Shown here in pieces: positions 1-9,519 of a stretch of 49,416 nt of DNA. The notes under the pieces were generated by a model, which was given only the letters and a program-made list of their open reading frames with translations, made no database searches and was not told where the DNA came from. The stretch covers positions 1 through 49,416 of the forward strand of contig JBDKKQ010000028.1 in assembly GCA_039796015.1 (NCBI GenBank), read 5' to 3'. Both the position numbers and the translations under genes were made by a program. The stretch is from Verrucomicrobiota bacterium (GTDB taxonomy: Bacteria; Verrucomicrobiota; Verrucomicrobiia; Limisphaerales; UBA9464). Within the stretch, counting starts at the first letter, position 1. Each line of letters opens with the position of its first letter.

Positions 1-333
1 AGGTTTTGCCGGATCCTTGAATCCGTTATCCTCCAGGATGAGCGTCCGCGTTTCTTTCTTCTTCCAGATAAGGCGAAATGCTTCCGGCGCCCACCAGAGT
101 TGATCGGAATTCGTTTGGGGCAACCGATAAGCTCCGGCCGGATCGAAGATCCGTTGAGTTTCTTGGCTTAGTGGTTTTTAAACCGGCAGGCTTCATCGGT
201 TTTCACACCATCACTAACACAAGAGACGCTGCTTTCGGCGGAAGCCATTTCCTCGACCCTCGATTTTCAATTTCCGTGGATCTTTTCCAAATCAGGTTTG
301 ATTTTTGAGACCAATTCCGCTCGGATTTAGCGC

Positions 334-1941
334 ATGAGCACCTTCGGTTTCTGCGCCGTACTGGCCTTTGCGCTGGTAAGCCCGATTCTGGCGCAATCGC
401 CAGTTGGATCCGGACCTTCTTCTTCAACTTGGATGCCTCCAGAATCGTCATTCAAAAAAGTGATTCTGGATGAGGATGCCTTGGTGGATGGGGTCCGAAA
501 AGACACCATTGTTGATCCCATGGAACTCACGGTGGCACCGGATGGGCGCGTGTTCTGGGTTGAACGTGCAGGTGTTGTTAAGCTCTGGAAGCCCGACACC
601 AAATCCACCGTGGTTGCCGCAAAGTTGGCAACGTTCACCGGCCTTGAAGACGGCGCGCTGGGCATCACCTTGGATCCGGCGTTTGCCAAGAATCAATGGA
701 TCTACGTGAACCGCTCTCTACCCGAGACCACCACCAACTCTCAGGGAAAGGTGGGCATCATTCGGGTTGCTCGTTTTACTGTGAAGGGCGATCAACTGGA
801 TCTTGCCTCCGAGACACCCATCATCGATGTCGAGACCCAGCGGGAACAGTGCTGCCATGTCGGTGGATCGCTGACTTTTGACGCCGCTGGCAACCTCTAT
901 ATGTCGATTGGTGACAACACCAACCCGTTCGACTCCGATGGATTTTCTCCGCATGATGAGCGTGTGGGCCGTTACCCTTGGGATGGTCAGCGAAGCGCCG
1001 CGAATGCAAATTCTTTGGTCGGCAAGGTGCTTCGAATCAAACCTCGCCCGCAAGGCGGCTACGACATCCCTAAAGGGAACCTCTTCAAGCCCGGCACTGC
1101 CGGCACTCGCCCAGAGGTTTATGTGATGGGTAATCGGAATCCGTTCCGCGTCTCGGTGGACCGCAAGACAGGATATCTTTATTGGGGAGAAGTCGGGCCA
1201 GACTCCGGACATGCCGATGCGAAGCGTGGATCTGCTGGTTTCGATGAGGTGAATCAGGCTCGCAAGCCCGGATTTTTCGGTTGGCCCCTGTTCGTCGGAG
1301 ACAACCGAGCCTACACGAAGGTGAACTTTGTCGACCGCCAACGCGGCACCGACGCCCGTCAAGCCTATGACCAGGTCCGCAAGAAGATCGAGGAGATGAA
1401 AAAGAAGGGCGAGACCAACAATCTTCCTGAATTGCCGACGAAGCCGGAGGCCTGGGATCCGAAGGGAATGGTGTTTGACCCGGAGCACCCCAAGAACACA
1501 TCGCCTAACAACACGGGCATCCAAGATCTGCCCCCTGCGCAACCGGCGTTTATCTATTATCCGGCGTCGGCTTCGACTCGTTTTCCGGCGGTCGGCTCTG
1601 GGGGGCGGACCGCCATGGCCGGACCGGTTTATTACTACGATCCGAAGAACCCATCGGCGCATCGGTTGCCCAAACAGTTCGATCACACCCTCTTCATCTA
1701 TGAATGGTCCCGAAACTGGATCATCGCTGTGAAGTTGGATGAGAACGATAACATCGCCAAGACGGCCGACGGCAAGTGGATGATGGAACGCTTCATGCCT
1801 GCGACGACCTTCAAGCGGCCCATGGACTTGGAATTGGGTGCTGATGGTTGTCTCTATCTCATCGAGTACGGCAAGGACTGGGGCAACAATTCGGATACAA
1901 AAATCGTTCGGATTGAGTATCACGGTTCGAGTAGTTCCTAG
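334..1941 (+). CDS. secreted PQQ-dependent sugar (glucose/sorbosone) dehydrogenase-like beta-propeller protein
   Basis: 535-aa ORF with an N-terminal signal peptide (MSTFGFCAVLAFALVSPILAQ). Motifs recalled from the soluble glucose/sorbosone dehydrogenase family: CCHVGGSLTFDAAGNLYMSIGDNTNPF, VMGNRNPFR, DLELGADGCLYLIEYG. Family call is from motif recall only. Confidence 0.6.
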   Translation: MSTFGFCAVLAFALVSPILAQSPVGSGPSSSTWMPPESSFKKVILDEDALVDGVRKDTIVDPMELTVAPDGRVFWVERAGVVKLWKPDTKSTVVAAKLATFTGLEDGALGITLDPAFAKNQWIYVNRSLPETTTNSQGKVGIIRVARFTVKGDQLDLASETPIIDVETQREQCCHVGGSLTFDAAGNLYMSIGDNTNPFDSDGFSPHDERVGRYPWDGQRSAANANSLVGKVLRIKPRPQGGYDIPKGNLFKPGTAGTRPEVYVMGNRNPFRVSVDRKTGYLYWGEVGPDSGHADAKRGSAGFDEVNQARKPGFFGWPLFVGDNRAYTKVNFVDRQRGTDARQAYDQVRKKIEEMKKKGETNNLPELPTKPEAWDPKGMVFDPEHPKNTSPNNTGIQDLPPAQPAFIYYPASASTRFPAVGSGGRTAMAGPVYYYDPKNPSAHRLPKQFDHTLFIYEWSRNWIIAVKLDENDNIAKTADGKWMMERFMPATTFKRPMDLELGADGCLYLIEYGKDWGNNSDTKIVRIEYHGSSSS

Positions 1942-1946
1942 GTCTG

Positions 1947-3563
1947 ATGTCTTCAGCCCAGACCCATTCATTCGACTTCATCGTTCTCGGGAGCGGTGTG
2001 GCCGGGTTGACCTACGCTCTTGAGGTGGCCCACCGAGGTAAGGTGGCCATCATCACCAAGAAGAATCGCGCCGATTCCAATACAAACTGGGCGCAGGGCG
2101 GTATTGCGGCGGTCACGAGCTCTGAAGACAGCTTCGAGATGCATGTCCAAGACACGCTTGAGGCTGGGGCGGGTTTGTGCCGTGAGTCCGCGGTGCGAAC
2201 CATTGTTCAAGAAGGCCCTGAGCGTATTGCCGAGTTAATGCGGTTGGGGGCGCAGTTCAGCGAACGAGACATTCCAGGTGGGGGTGGACGCCGCGAATTG
2301 GATCTCACCAAAGAAGGAGGGCATTCTAAGCGGCGCATCCTGCACGCTGCCGATGCTACGGGCCGTGAGATCGAGCGGGCCCTCCTTGCCGCGGTGGCCG
2401 CCAATCCAGCGATCACCGTGTTTGAAAACCATCTGGTGATCGACCTGATCACCACGGCCAAACTGGGGTTGGCTGGCCCCAACCGGTGTATCGGAGTCTA
2501 TGTGCTCAACAATCCCGAGGGGCGGGTTGATGTGTTTCAGTCGCCCGCGGTGCTGCTGGCAACCGGGGGGTGTGGCAAAGTTTATCTCTATACCACCAAC
2601 CCAGACATCGCCACCGGGGATGGCATAGCGATGGCCTATCGAGCAGGGGTTCCCATCCTGAACATGGAGTTCATCCAGTTTCACCCCACCTGCCTCTTCC
2701 ATCCGCAGGCTAAGTCCTTCCTGATCTCGGAAGCAGTCCGGGGCGAGGGAGGTGTCTTACGCACCCCGGGAGGTGAGCGCTTCATGCAGCGCTATGACAC
2801 CCGATTGGAACTGGCGCCCCGGGACATCGTGGCTCGAGCTATCGACTCGGAGATGAAACGAACCGGAGCCGACTGCGTGTATCTGGACATCACCCACCGA
2901 TCGCGTGAATTCATCCTGAGTCATTTTCCCACGATCCATGCTCGGTGCCTAGAGTTCGGTATCGACATGACCAAGGACTGGATTCCAGTCGTTCCGGCGG
3001 CCCACTATCAGTGCGGAGGGGTGGCGACCGATTTGGATGGGCAAACTTCTCTGGACGGACTGTTTGCTGTGGGCGAAGTGGCCTGCACTGGCCTCCACGG
3101 AGCCAATCGACTGGCGAGCAATTCATTGCTGGAGGCCTTGGTTTGTTCGTACCGGGCTGCCCAGCGGGTCCTCACATTGCCGGGAAGCGGTGGATCTATA
3201 GCGATCCCGCCTTGGCAGACGGGGCGGGCGACAGACCCTGACGAAATGGTTGTCGTTTCACATAATTGGGACGAGATCCGTCGGTTAATGTGGGATTATG
3301 TGGGCATCGTCCGCACCACTAAGCGTCTCCGGCGGGCACAGAAGCGATTGGCAAATCTTCAGGAAGAGATTCGAGAGTATTACTGGGATTTCATCGTTAC
3401 GGCCGATTTGCTCGAGTTGAGAAACTTGGCCACCGTGGCGGAAATTATTGTGGCCAGTGCTTTGCAGCGGACCGAGAGCCGCGGACTTCATTGCAATCGG
3501 GACTTCCCCGAATCCGATCCGCGTTGGACCCAGGTGGACACGCGAGTGTGTCGCGAAGAGTGA
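1947..3563 (+). CDS. nadB: L-aspartate oxidase
   Basis: 538-aa ORF. N-terminal FAD dinucleotide fold FDFIVLGSGVAGLTYAL, then NWAQGGIAA, HPTCL, GLFAVGEVACTGLHGANRLASNSLLE and a C-terminal ESRGLHCNRDFP, the typical NadB/succinate dehydrogenase flavoprotein family layout. Confidence 0.9.
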   Translation: MSSAQTHSFDFIVLGSGVAGLTYALEVAHRGKVAIITKKNRADSNTNWAQGGIAAVTSSEDSFEMHVQDTLEAGAGLCRESAVRTIVQEGPERIAELMRLGAQFSERDIPGGGGRRELDLTKEGGHSKRRILHAADATGREIERALLAAVAANPAITVFENHLVIDLITTAKLGLAGPNRCIGVYVLNNPEGRVDVFQSPAVLLATGGCGKVYLYTTNPDIATGDGIAMAYRAGVPILNMEFIQFHPTCLFHPQAKSFLISEAVRGEGGVLRTPGGERFMQRYDTRLELAPRDIVARAIDSEMKRTGADCVYLDITHRSREFILSHFPTIHARCLEFGIDMTKDWIPVVPAAHYQCGGVATDLDGQTSLDGLFAVGEVACTGLHGANRLASNSLLEALVCSYRAAQRVLTLPGSGGSIAIPPWQTGRATDPDEMVVVSHNWDEIRRLMWDYVGIVRTTKRLRRAQKRLANLQEEIREYYWDFIVTADLLELRNLATVAEIIVASALQRTESRGLHCNRDFPESDPRWTQVDTRVCREE

Positions 3564-3636
3564 GCGCTTAAGTTGCTGAGGAACTAGTCCGATAGTCTAG
3601 CAAGGCTCAAGTCTGAGCCTAGCGCGTCTATTTCTC

Positions 3637-5295
3637 ATGTCTGATACATCGGTTCAAACAAACCTTCGTCAGGCGTGGTTTACCTCGGTTGTAGCGATCG
3701 TTAGCATCGCAGTCCTCGGGTTGATCTTGGAAATTGCCCTAGGCTCCAAGCCCGCTGAATTGTTCAACAAGCACTCAAGTGCCCGGGACGGCGCTGAACA
3801 GGTTCGAATAGAACTGAAGTTTTTGGGAAAGCTGCTCGCAGACGATCCGGACTCCTATCCTGCTGATTTGTCTCGGCGATTGGCTGGTATGAGGGAGTCC
3901 ATGACGGCCGGTATGCAGTTGTTGGGCAAGTCCGGACTCAAGCCCGACAATCTGAAAACGTTCCAACAGTTGGAAGTTTGCTTCCAGGAGAGGTTCTTGC
4001 CTGATTTTATCAATTTTCGCCAACCCTATGGTGATCAAGATAGGCCTAAAATTCGGGCTAGCCTGAAGGGGTCGCGCGACGATTTGGAATCCAGACTGAA
4101 TGTGCTTGAACGTGATCTGATCAAATATTCGACCAAGGATTTTAAGGAGACGAGCCAGATTAAGGTGATGGGGGCCTGTGGGGGAGTTGTTCTGGGAGTG
4201 ATGGGGCTCGTGTTGCTCTGGTTTCAGGTTCGATCTCTGCAGAAAGCCATTCTGCAGACTGCCCCGGTGAGTGGTGCTGATGCTAAGATGACTGAGAACA
4301 TCGCCAAGTATGCGACCCGAATCCGTGAGTTAGAGGGTTCCAACAAGTTGTTGAGGTCCGAAGCGGATAAATTGGCTCCGCTTGCCGATGAGGTAGTCAC
4401 TTTACGACAGCAGGGAGCAGGAACCCCTTGGGAGATCTGGTTGAAGGCAATTCATGGACGCGGACGTTCTTCACTAGGTAAGGGCGGGCAGTTGGGCATT
4501 GTGCTGGAACTTACTCCCGACGAGATCCTGAGCCTGGAACCTTCACTCAGGGAGCACACGGAGTTCGTCCGAATCGAAGCGCCTTCTGAAGCGGACAAGC
4601 CAGCTCGATCCCGACACACTGTTTTGGTCGTGGACGAAGACTTTGGAAATCGTGCCCGCTTGTTGGCATGCGTCTCGGGGCTCGACCTGGAAGTGGTGGA
4701 AGCACCTTCGACCAAAGAGGCGTGGAAAATGATGGATGGTGGTTTGGTGGTCCGGTTGTGTTTGGTGGGAGGCAATGATGGCGAAATTTCGGGGGCCGAT
4801 TTTGGAAAACGGGTCAAAGCCGATCCGCGCTTCTCCGAGGTGGAGATAATTCTCTGCTCGGCCTTAACGAACTTAGAGGAGTTGACCAAGACCCTGGAAG
4901 AGGTTGCGGCAAGCAAGACCCCATTGGAGGAGGCCCAGGAACAGTCGGGGCTCAACAGTCACGCCTACGGCAAGATGCTTCAGGCGGTCAACACCGAGAC
5001 CAAGGAGACACTCACCTTCGCCCGCACCGCCCTCTCCCACGGTCAACGCAAAGCGGCCTGGAGCCGTATCACGTCGCTCAAGGAAACAGCGAACACGGTC
5101 GGTGACAAGGGTCTCACCAATGCCATCGCCTCCGTCGAGAAAGAGATGGATCGCGGGGACGTGTTCTTCATCACCGCCGAATTGGAACGTCTGGAGCGGG
5201 AAAACCAGCGCTTGAGCAAGTTGGCTGAACAACTCCTGACTTCGGCACCGAAGGCCATGAATCCGGGAGAGGTCAACCTAGGCGGACCCAAATAG
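3637..5295 (+). CDS. membrane sensor-like protein with coiled coil, receiver-like domain lacking the phospho-acceptor Asp, and a His-less HPt-like C-terminal helix bundle
   Basis: 552-aa ORF. Two predicted TM helices (approx aa 15-35 and 175-197) flank a ~140-aa helical extracytoplasmic segment. A coiled-coil region follows. The receiver-like block starts HTVLVVDEDFGNRARLL..., but the expected acceptor position reads RLCLVGGNDGEISG. The C-terminal segment ITSLKETANTVGDKGLTNAIASVEKE resembles the HPt H-x-LKG-x-A-x-x-x-G helix without the His. Domain calls are tentative. Confidence 0.5.
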   Translation: MSDTSVQTNLRQAWFTSVVAIVSIAVLGLILEIALGSKPAELFNKHSSARDGAEQVRIELKFLGKLLADDPDSYPADLSRRLAGMRESMTAGMQLLGKSGLKPDNLKTFQQLEVCFQERFLPDFINFRQPYGDQDRPKIRASLKGSRDDLESRLNVLERDLIKYSTKDFKETSQIKVMGACGGVVLGVMGLVLLWFQVRSLQKAILQTAPVSGADAKMTENIAKYATRIRELEGSNKLLRSEADKLAPLADEVVTLRQQGAGTPWEIWLKAIHGRGRSSLGKGGQLGIVLELTPDEILSLEPSLREHTEFVRIEAPSEADKPARSRHTVLVVDEDFGNRARLLACVSGLDLEVVEAPSTKEAWKMMDGGLVVRLCLVGGNDGEISGADFGKRVKADPRFSEVEIILCSALTNLEELTKTLEEVAASKTPLEEAQEQSGLNSHAYGKMLQAVNTETKETLTFARTALSHGQRKAAWSRITSLKETANTVGDKGLTNAIASVEKEMDRGDVFFITAELERLERENQRLSKLAEQLLTSAPKAMNPGEVNLGGPK

Positions 5296-5526
5296 AGCAC
5301 CGCTCCGCCGGCATTATCTCAGAAATATCGCTTTCAGAAAAATTGCCTATCCAATTTAAGCCACCCAGCCCGGCCTGTCAGGTCTGTCGGGCAGATTCTG
5401 CAGCCGATGTCTTGGAAGTAGTGATTCATTTCCGAGCGGTCCGGTCCAAGGGGGGTGGTACGTCTCCACGACCCTGAGATGGGCTGGGGGCGGGCCTTAA
5501 GGGGGCTATCTCTGAACCTCGTCCGT

Positions 5527-6270
5527 TCACGCCTCTTCGGACTGCGTTTGGCTACCGCGGGTGAGCGCTAAGAATGCCGCTTCCAGTGTTCCGGTTGTTT
5601 GTGATCGCGCGCGCAGTTCGTCGGCGCTGCCGCAAGCGATCACTTGTCCTTGGTGGAAGATCCCGATCCGGTCGGCCATCTCTTCGGCGACACTGACCTG
5701 ATGGGTGCTGAGAAAGATGGTCATGCCCTCGGTGGCCCGTTCCCGAAGGATATCTTTCACAACCCGTGCATGGTGCGGGTCGAGGCCCACCATCGGTTCG
5801 TCAATGATGAAGACTTCGGGGCGGTGGAGCAGCGCGCTGGCGATGGCGATTCGTTGCCGTGTGCCATGGCTGAGGGATTCAATGGGCTGGTGTAGCCAGT
5901 CCTCCAAATTGAACCGGGGCACCAGTTCGTCGCATTCCTCGCGAATTTGCGCGTCCGGCATCCGAAATAAGCGTCCGGTGAATCGGAGAAACTCTGCGGG
6001 CGTGAGCTTCTCATAAAGGAACGGGAAATCAGGCACGTAGCTGAGGCGTGAGCGAGCCTCCAACGGATTCTCTTGGATATCGAACCCGGCGATCCGGGCC
6101 CGCCCAGCGGTTGGTCGGATGAGCCCGACCATCATCTTAATGGTGGTGGTCTTTCCTGCTGCGTTGGGGCCCAGGACGGCAAAAAATTCCCCGCGGGGAA
6201 TTTGCAAGTTGATCCCATCCACTGCTCGAAGGGATCCGAAGTCTTTGGTCAGGCCTTCCAGTTCAATCAT
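5527..6270 (-). CDS. ABC transporter ATP-binding protein (ABC-2/DrrA-like single NBD)
   Basis: 247-aa ORF with Walker A GPNAAGKTT, Q-loop, signature LSHGTRQR, Walker B VFIIDEP and H-loop LSTHQ. Confidence 0.9.
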   Translation of the reverse strand: MIELEGLTKDFGSLRAVDGINLQIPRGEFFAVLGPNAAGKTTTIKMMVGLIRPTAGRARIAGFDIQENPLEARSRLSYVPDFPFLYEKLTPAEFLRFTGRLFRMPDAQIREECDELVPRFNLEDWLHQPIESLSHGTRQRIAIASALLHRPEVFIIDEPMVGLDPHHARVVKDILRERATEGMTIFLSTHQVSVAEEMADRIGIFHQGQVIACGSADELRARSQTTGTLEAAFLALTRGSQTQSEEA

Positions 6271-6287
6271 GGCGAAAATCTCATTAT

Positions 6288-7082
6288 TCAGTGTCCAACG
6301 ATGGCGTCGTTGACCAACTGGAGGCGGTCGGGCAGTTGGATCTTGAGTAATTCTCCGGCGCGACTAACGAAGGCGATGACCTCGAGTTGTCCGGGCAATC
6401 GGGCGCTCAGGCGATAGACTCGAACGCGGCTTCGGCCGATTTGCATCCAGTCAGATCGAGCGTCGATGGAAATATTCTGGGCCAAGGATTCTGGGTGGCT
6501 CAGGGCGTTGTTGGGGATGAATCCGGAGGGCAGGGCCGTCAGATAAGGAGCCAGCATGAGCTGAAGGGCCGCCCGATTGCGGGTCTCGAAAGTTTGCTCG
6601 AAGCGCTGGCGCCCCTCCTCATAGATCATGCGGATTTGGTCGGATCCAGCCTCGGCTTGGATCTCCCAACTCTTGGGTCGCTGGTCGACCCGGACCTGAA
6701 GTCTCTGCCAGGTGTTGGAGGATGATAATTCCACAGTCCCCAAAACCATCACCCGGTCCAGGGGCGAGTCACTGCCATGAATGCGAGTGGAGACTCGGAT
6801 CAAGTGTCCTGCGGGTGCTGAGACCATGCCTTCGATGGCGGTGGTATTGCTGCGGGAGACTTCGAGAATGGAGGGGTGCCATTCCAACGAACCGACGGTC
6901 CTGCCTTGGTGTCGGATGCTCAGCACGCTGGAGTCCGGGGAATCTAGAATCTTCTGCCAGATCAAGTCTGGTGAGAGTTCGGAACCCGAGGTGAAGCGGT
7001 CTCCCCATTCGGCCTGCCACAAGAGCCCATTCATCACCACCCAGAAGAGAGCGGAGGCAATCAGGGTGATCCGGGAAGCCAT
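6288..7082 (-). CDS. hypothetical membrane-anchored protein (single N-terminal TM)
   Basis: 264-aa ORF. It lies 17 nt upstream of the ABC ATPase and 23 nt downstream of the TPR-LysM gene on the same strand. N-terminal hydrophobic helix ITLIASALFWVVMNGLLW. I recognise no family motif. Confidence 0.55.
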   Translation of the reverse strand: MASRITLIASALFWVVMNGLLWQAEWGDRFTSGSELSPDLIWQKILDSPDSSVLSIRHQGRTVGSLEWHPSILEVSRSNTTAIEGMVSAPAGHLIRVSTRIHGSDSPLDRVMVLGTVELSSSNTWQRLQVRVDQRPKSWEIQAEAGSDQIRMIYEEGRQRFEQTFETRNRAALQLMLAPYLTALPSGFIPNNALSHPESLAQNISIDARSDWMQIGRSRVRVYRLSARLPGQLEVIAFVSRAGELLKIQLPDRLQLVNDAIVGH

Positions 7083-7105
7083 GTTCTGAAGGGAGTCCCC
7101 GCTTT

Positions 7106-7891
7106 TCAGGGGACTCGTATTTCAACGCCCGGCTTCAGCTTGCGGGTGTCTACGCTGGGATTAGCGGCTTGAAGCTGTTGCAAAGTAATTCCTTGGGCCT
7201 TGGCGATTTTGGCCAGGGTGTCTCCGGATTTCAGTGTGTAGGTCTTGGGAGTGGACGGCTTGCGGGGTTCGACCGCTCGGGCCGCCAGTCGGGTCGGGGT
7301 GTCCGTCGCCTTGGGGACTGCGCTCGGGGCGCGGGCCGGTGCCGCGACGGTTCCGTTGGTTGGACTAGAGACTAGGAGGGTGGGCGTGGCGATACGGGTG
7401 GAGGCTGAATAGAGCTGGTTGCTCAAGGACAAAACGGACTTGCGCAACTCATCGTTCTCCCGCCGCATTTGCTCGAGTTGACCCTGTGTTTGGATCTTGC
7501 CGATGGTGTCAGCATGCAATTCGGCCAACCGCAGGCCGGTGGCACGGATGAGTTGGTTGACAATCAGGTCGTTGGTGCGCCCAGAAAGAACGACGTAGCG
7601 TCGGAGGTGATAGTAGGCGAAGCCGTACTCAGGAAGTTTGGCCGAGTCGGAATGGATAATCCCTAGTCCGAGGTGCGCATCCGCGTTGCGGGGGTTCACA
7701 TCCAAGGCCCGTTGATAGTACTCCACGGCCCGGGAGTACTGGTTCATCCGCTGATAGGCTTCGGCCTGACGGTAGTTGTTCTCCTCCTTCGGGTCCGCCT
7801 TGCCGCTGACCCAGGGACGCTCATCGCAGCCCACCCATAAGACGCAGGAAAGCAACAGACCTCCGCAGATGTTCCAGAAGCGATGAGACAT
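7106..7891 (-). CDS. TPR-repeat / LysM-domain lipoprotein
   Basis: 261-aa ORF with a lipoprotein-like signal (LLLSCVLWVGCDE). TPR-like repeats are present (AEAYQRMNQYSRAVEYYQRALDVNPRNADAHLGLG). C-terminal LysM: YTLKSGDTLAKIAKAQGITLQQLQAANPSVDTRKLKPGVEIRVP. Confidence 0.75.
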   Translation of the reverse strand: MSHRFWNICGGLLLSCVLWVGCDERPWVSGKADPKEENNYRQAEAYQRMNQYSRAVEYYQRALDVNPRNADAHLGLGIIHSDSAKLPEYGFAYYHLRRYVVLSGRTNDLIVNQLIRATGLRLAELHADTIGKIQTQGQLEQMRRENDELRKSVLSLSNQLYSASTRIATPTLLVSSPTNGTVAAPARAPSAVPKATDTPTRLAARAVEPRKPSTPKTYTLKSGDTLAKIAKAQGITLQQLQAANPSVDTRKLKPGVEIRVP

Positions 7892-7959
7892 TGGCTTGTA
7901 GGCTGTCCGCGCCGCCGACGAGCGTCAACGCGGCGGAGCAACACTGCGGCGATTCTGGG

Positions 7960-9384
7960 TCACCCGAGAGTTCCTAGTTCCTTTTTCCACCGTGCCAATT
8001 GACGGGCCACCTGACGGACTCCGGGAGCACCGGGAAGCTCACGCCGCTTCATGGCCTTCTGCAAATCATACAACTCGAGCACATCGGCTGAAAAGCGGGG
8101 TTCAATCGCCTGATATTCCGCGAGGGAGAGTTGGTTGATCGGGCGTCCAACTTTCTCAGCGAAGGCCACAACGGCTCCGACCGCGTGATGTGCTTGGCGG
8201 AAGGGCATTCCCTTTTTCACCAGATAGTCAGCGAGGTCGGTGGCCAGCAGCAGGGGATCCTTCGCGGCAGCATCGCAGGCCGGAGCTTGGACGGTGGTGT
8301 GATCGAGCATTGCCGCGGTGAGCCGGACACAGGAGCGGACGGTGTCCGCGGTATCGAAGAGTCGCTCCTTGTCCTCCTGTAGGTCCCGATTGTAGGTCAT
8401 GGGCAGCCCCTTCAGCAGGACTAGCAGCGAGACCAAATTGCCGATGACTCGTCCCGATTTACCTCGGGTGAGTTCGGCGATGTCGGGATTTTTCTTCTGC
8501 GGCATGAGCGAGGAACCGGTCGTATAGGCGTCCGCGATGCGGATGAAGCTGAACTCGGAGGAGGCCCACAAGATGATGTCTTCGGAGAGGCGGCTGAGAT
8601 GGACAGCGATCAGTGCCGCGGCTGCACTGAATTCGATGAGGAAGTCCCGGTCGGAGACCGCATCCATGGAATTCTGCGTGATGCGCGGCCGACCTTTCGT
8701 GTCGGTAAAACCGAGGAGGGTGGCCACAAACTCGCGGTCTAGGGGCAGCGTGCTGCCAGCGATGGCTCCCGCTCCGAGCGGACACACGTTGAGTCTTCCA
8801 AAGGCGTCCGCCAGACGACCGGTATCGCGGTCGAACATCTCGACATAGGCGAGGCAATGATGGGCGAAGAAGACCGGTTGAGCCCGTTGCATGTGCGTGT
8901 AGCCGGGGATAATCACCTCCGAGTGCCGCTCGCCCAGTTTGACCAAAGAGCGTTGGAGTGTGCGCAATTCACCGAGGAGCGCTTCGATCTCATCGCGCAA
9001 CCACAGGCGAACATCTAGGGCGACTTGATCATTCCGGGATCGCGCCGTGTGCAGCTTGGCGGCGGCCGGCACGCGAGCCGTCAGCGCCGCCTCAATGTTC
9101 ATGTGGACGTCCTCCAGTTCCGTTTTCCACTGGAATCGCCCCGCTTCGATCTCCATGCCGATGGCCTTGAGTCCGGCGATGATGTCTTTGCATTCCTTGG
9201 AAGAGAGAATGCCGATCTTCTCCAGCATGGTCGCGTGGGCCATCGAGCCGACGAGGTCGTGGGACCATAGTCGCCAGTCGAAGGAGACGGATTGGGAGAA
9301 TTGAGCAACTTCCTGGCTTGGGCCATCGGTGAAGCGGCCAGAACGGGAGACGACGGTGGAGGGGGACGGACGCGGTTTCTTCAT
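7960..9384 (-). CDS. argH: argininosuccinate lyase
   Basis: Fumarate-lyase family signatures SRNDQV (ARSRNDQVALDVRLW) and GSSLMPQKKNPD. The N-terminus RSGRFTDGP...FDWRLW matches the ArgH start region. The track ORF extends to 9498; I place the start at the internal ATG (MKKPRPS..., cat at 9382-9384) because homology begins ~12 aa after it. Confidence 0.88.
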   Translation of the reverse strand: MKKPRPSPSTVVSRSGRFTDGPSQEVAQFSQSVSFDWRLWSHDLVGSMAHATMLEKIGILSSKECKDIIAGLKAIGMEIEAGRFQWKTELEDVHMNIEAALTARVPAAAKLHTARSRNDQVALDVRLWLRDEIEALLGELRTLQRSLVKLGERHSEVIIPGYTHMQRAQPVFFAHHCLAYVEMFDRDTGRLADAFGRLNVCPLGAGAIAGSTLPLDREFVATLLGFTDTKGRPRITQNSMDAVSDRDFLIEFSAAAALIAVHLSRLSEDIILWASSEFSFIRIADAYTTGSSLMPQKKNPDIAELTRGKSGRVIGNLVSLLVLLKGLPMTYNRDLQEDKERLFDTADTVRSCVRLTAAMLDHTTVQAPACDAAAKDPLLLATDLADYLVKKGMPFRQAHHAVGAVVAFAEKVGRPINQLSLAEYQAIEPRFSADVLELYDLQKAMKRRELPGAPGVRQVARQLARWKKELGTLG

Positions 9385-9519
9385 GTCAGACGCTGACCGG
9401 AGCTTCGCAAGGGTGGGAGCGATGTCACGCGGGAAGAACTTCTGGATGGAGCAAGACGGGGGACCTCGCCGCGATCTAAAACCGCCGCAAACCACCATGA
9501 TGTGGGACTAATGGCGCAC

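Noticed and set aside
1-123. Possible 5' fragment of a minus-strand gene running off the left edge. The frame is open from a TTG at 121-123 and reads ...LWWAPEAFRLIWKKKETRTLILEDNGFKDPAKP.
   Set aside because: There is no ATG start, only ~40 codons and no recognisable motif. It cannot be distinguished from a chance open frame.
718-1971. 417-codon minus-strand ORF antisense to the PQQ-type dehydrogenase gene. Similar long antisense ORFs occur at 10194-11012, 19258-19908, 27244-28074, 28325-28978, 45572-46411 and elsewhere.
   Set aside because: All lie opposite confidently assigned genes, have Arg/Gly/Pro-rich compositions typical of antisense frames in GC-rich DNA, and carry no recognisable motifs. 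Treated as shadow ORFs.
3604-3619. Short hairpin GGCTCA-agtc-TGAGCC after nadB, considered as a terminator.
   Set aside because: It has only a 6-bp stem and no adjacent U-tract, and the next same-strand gene starts 18 nt later. The evidence is too weak to annotate.
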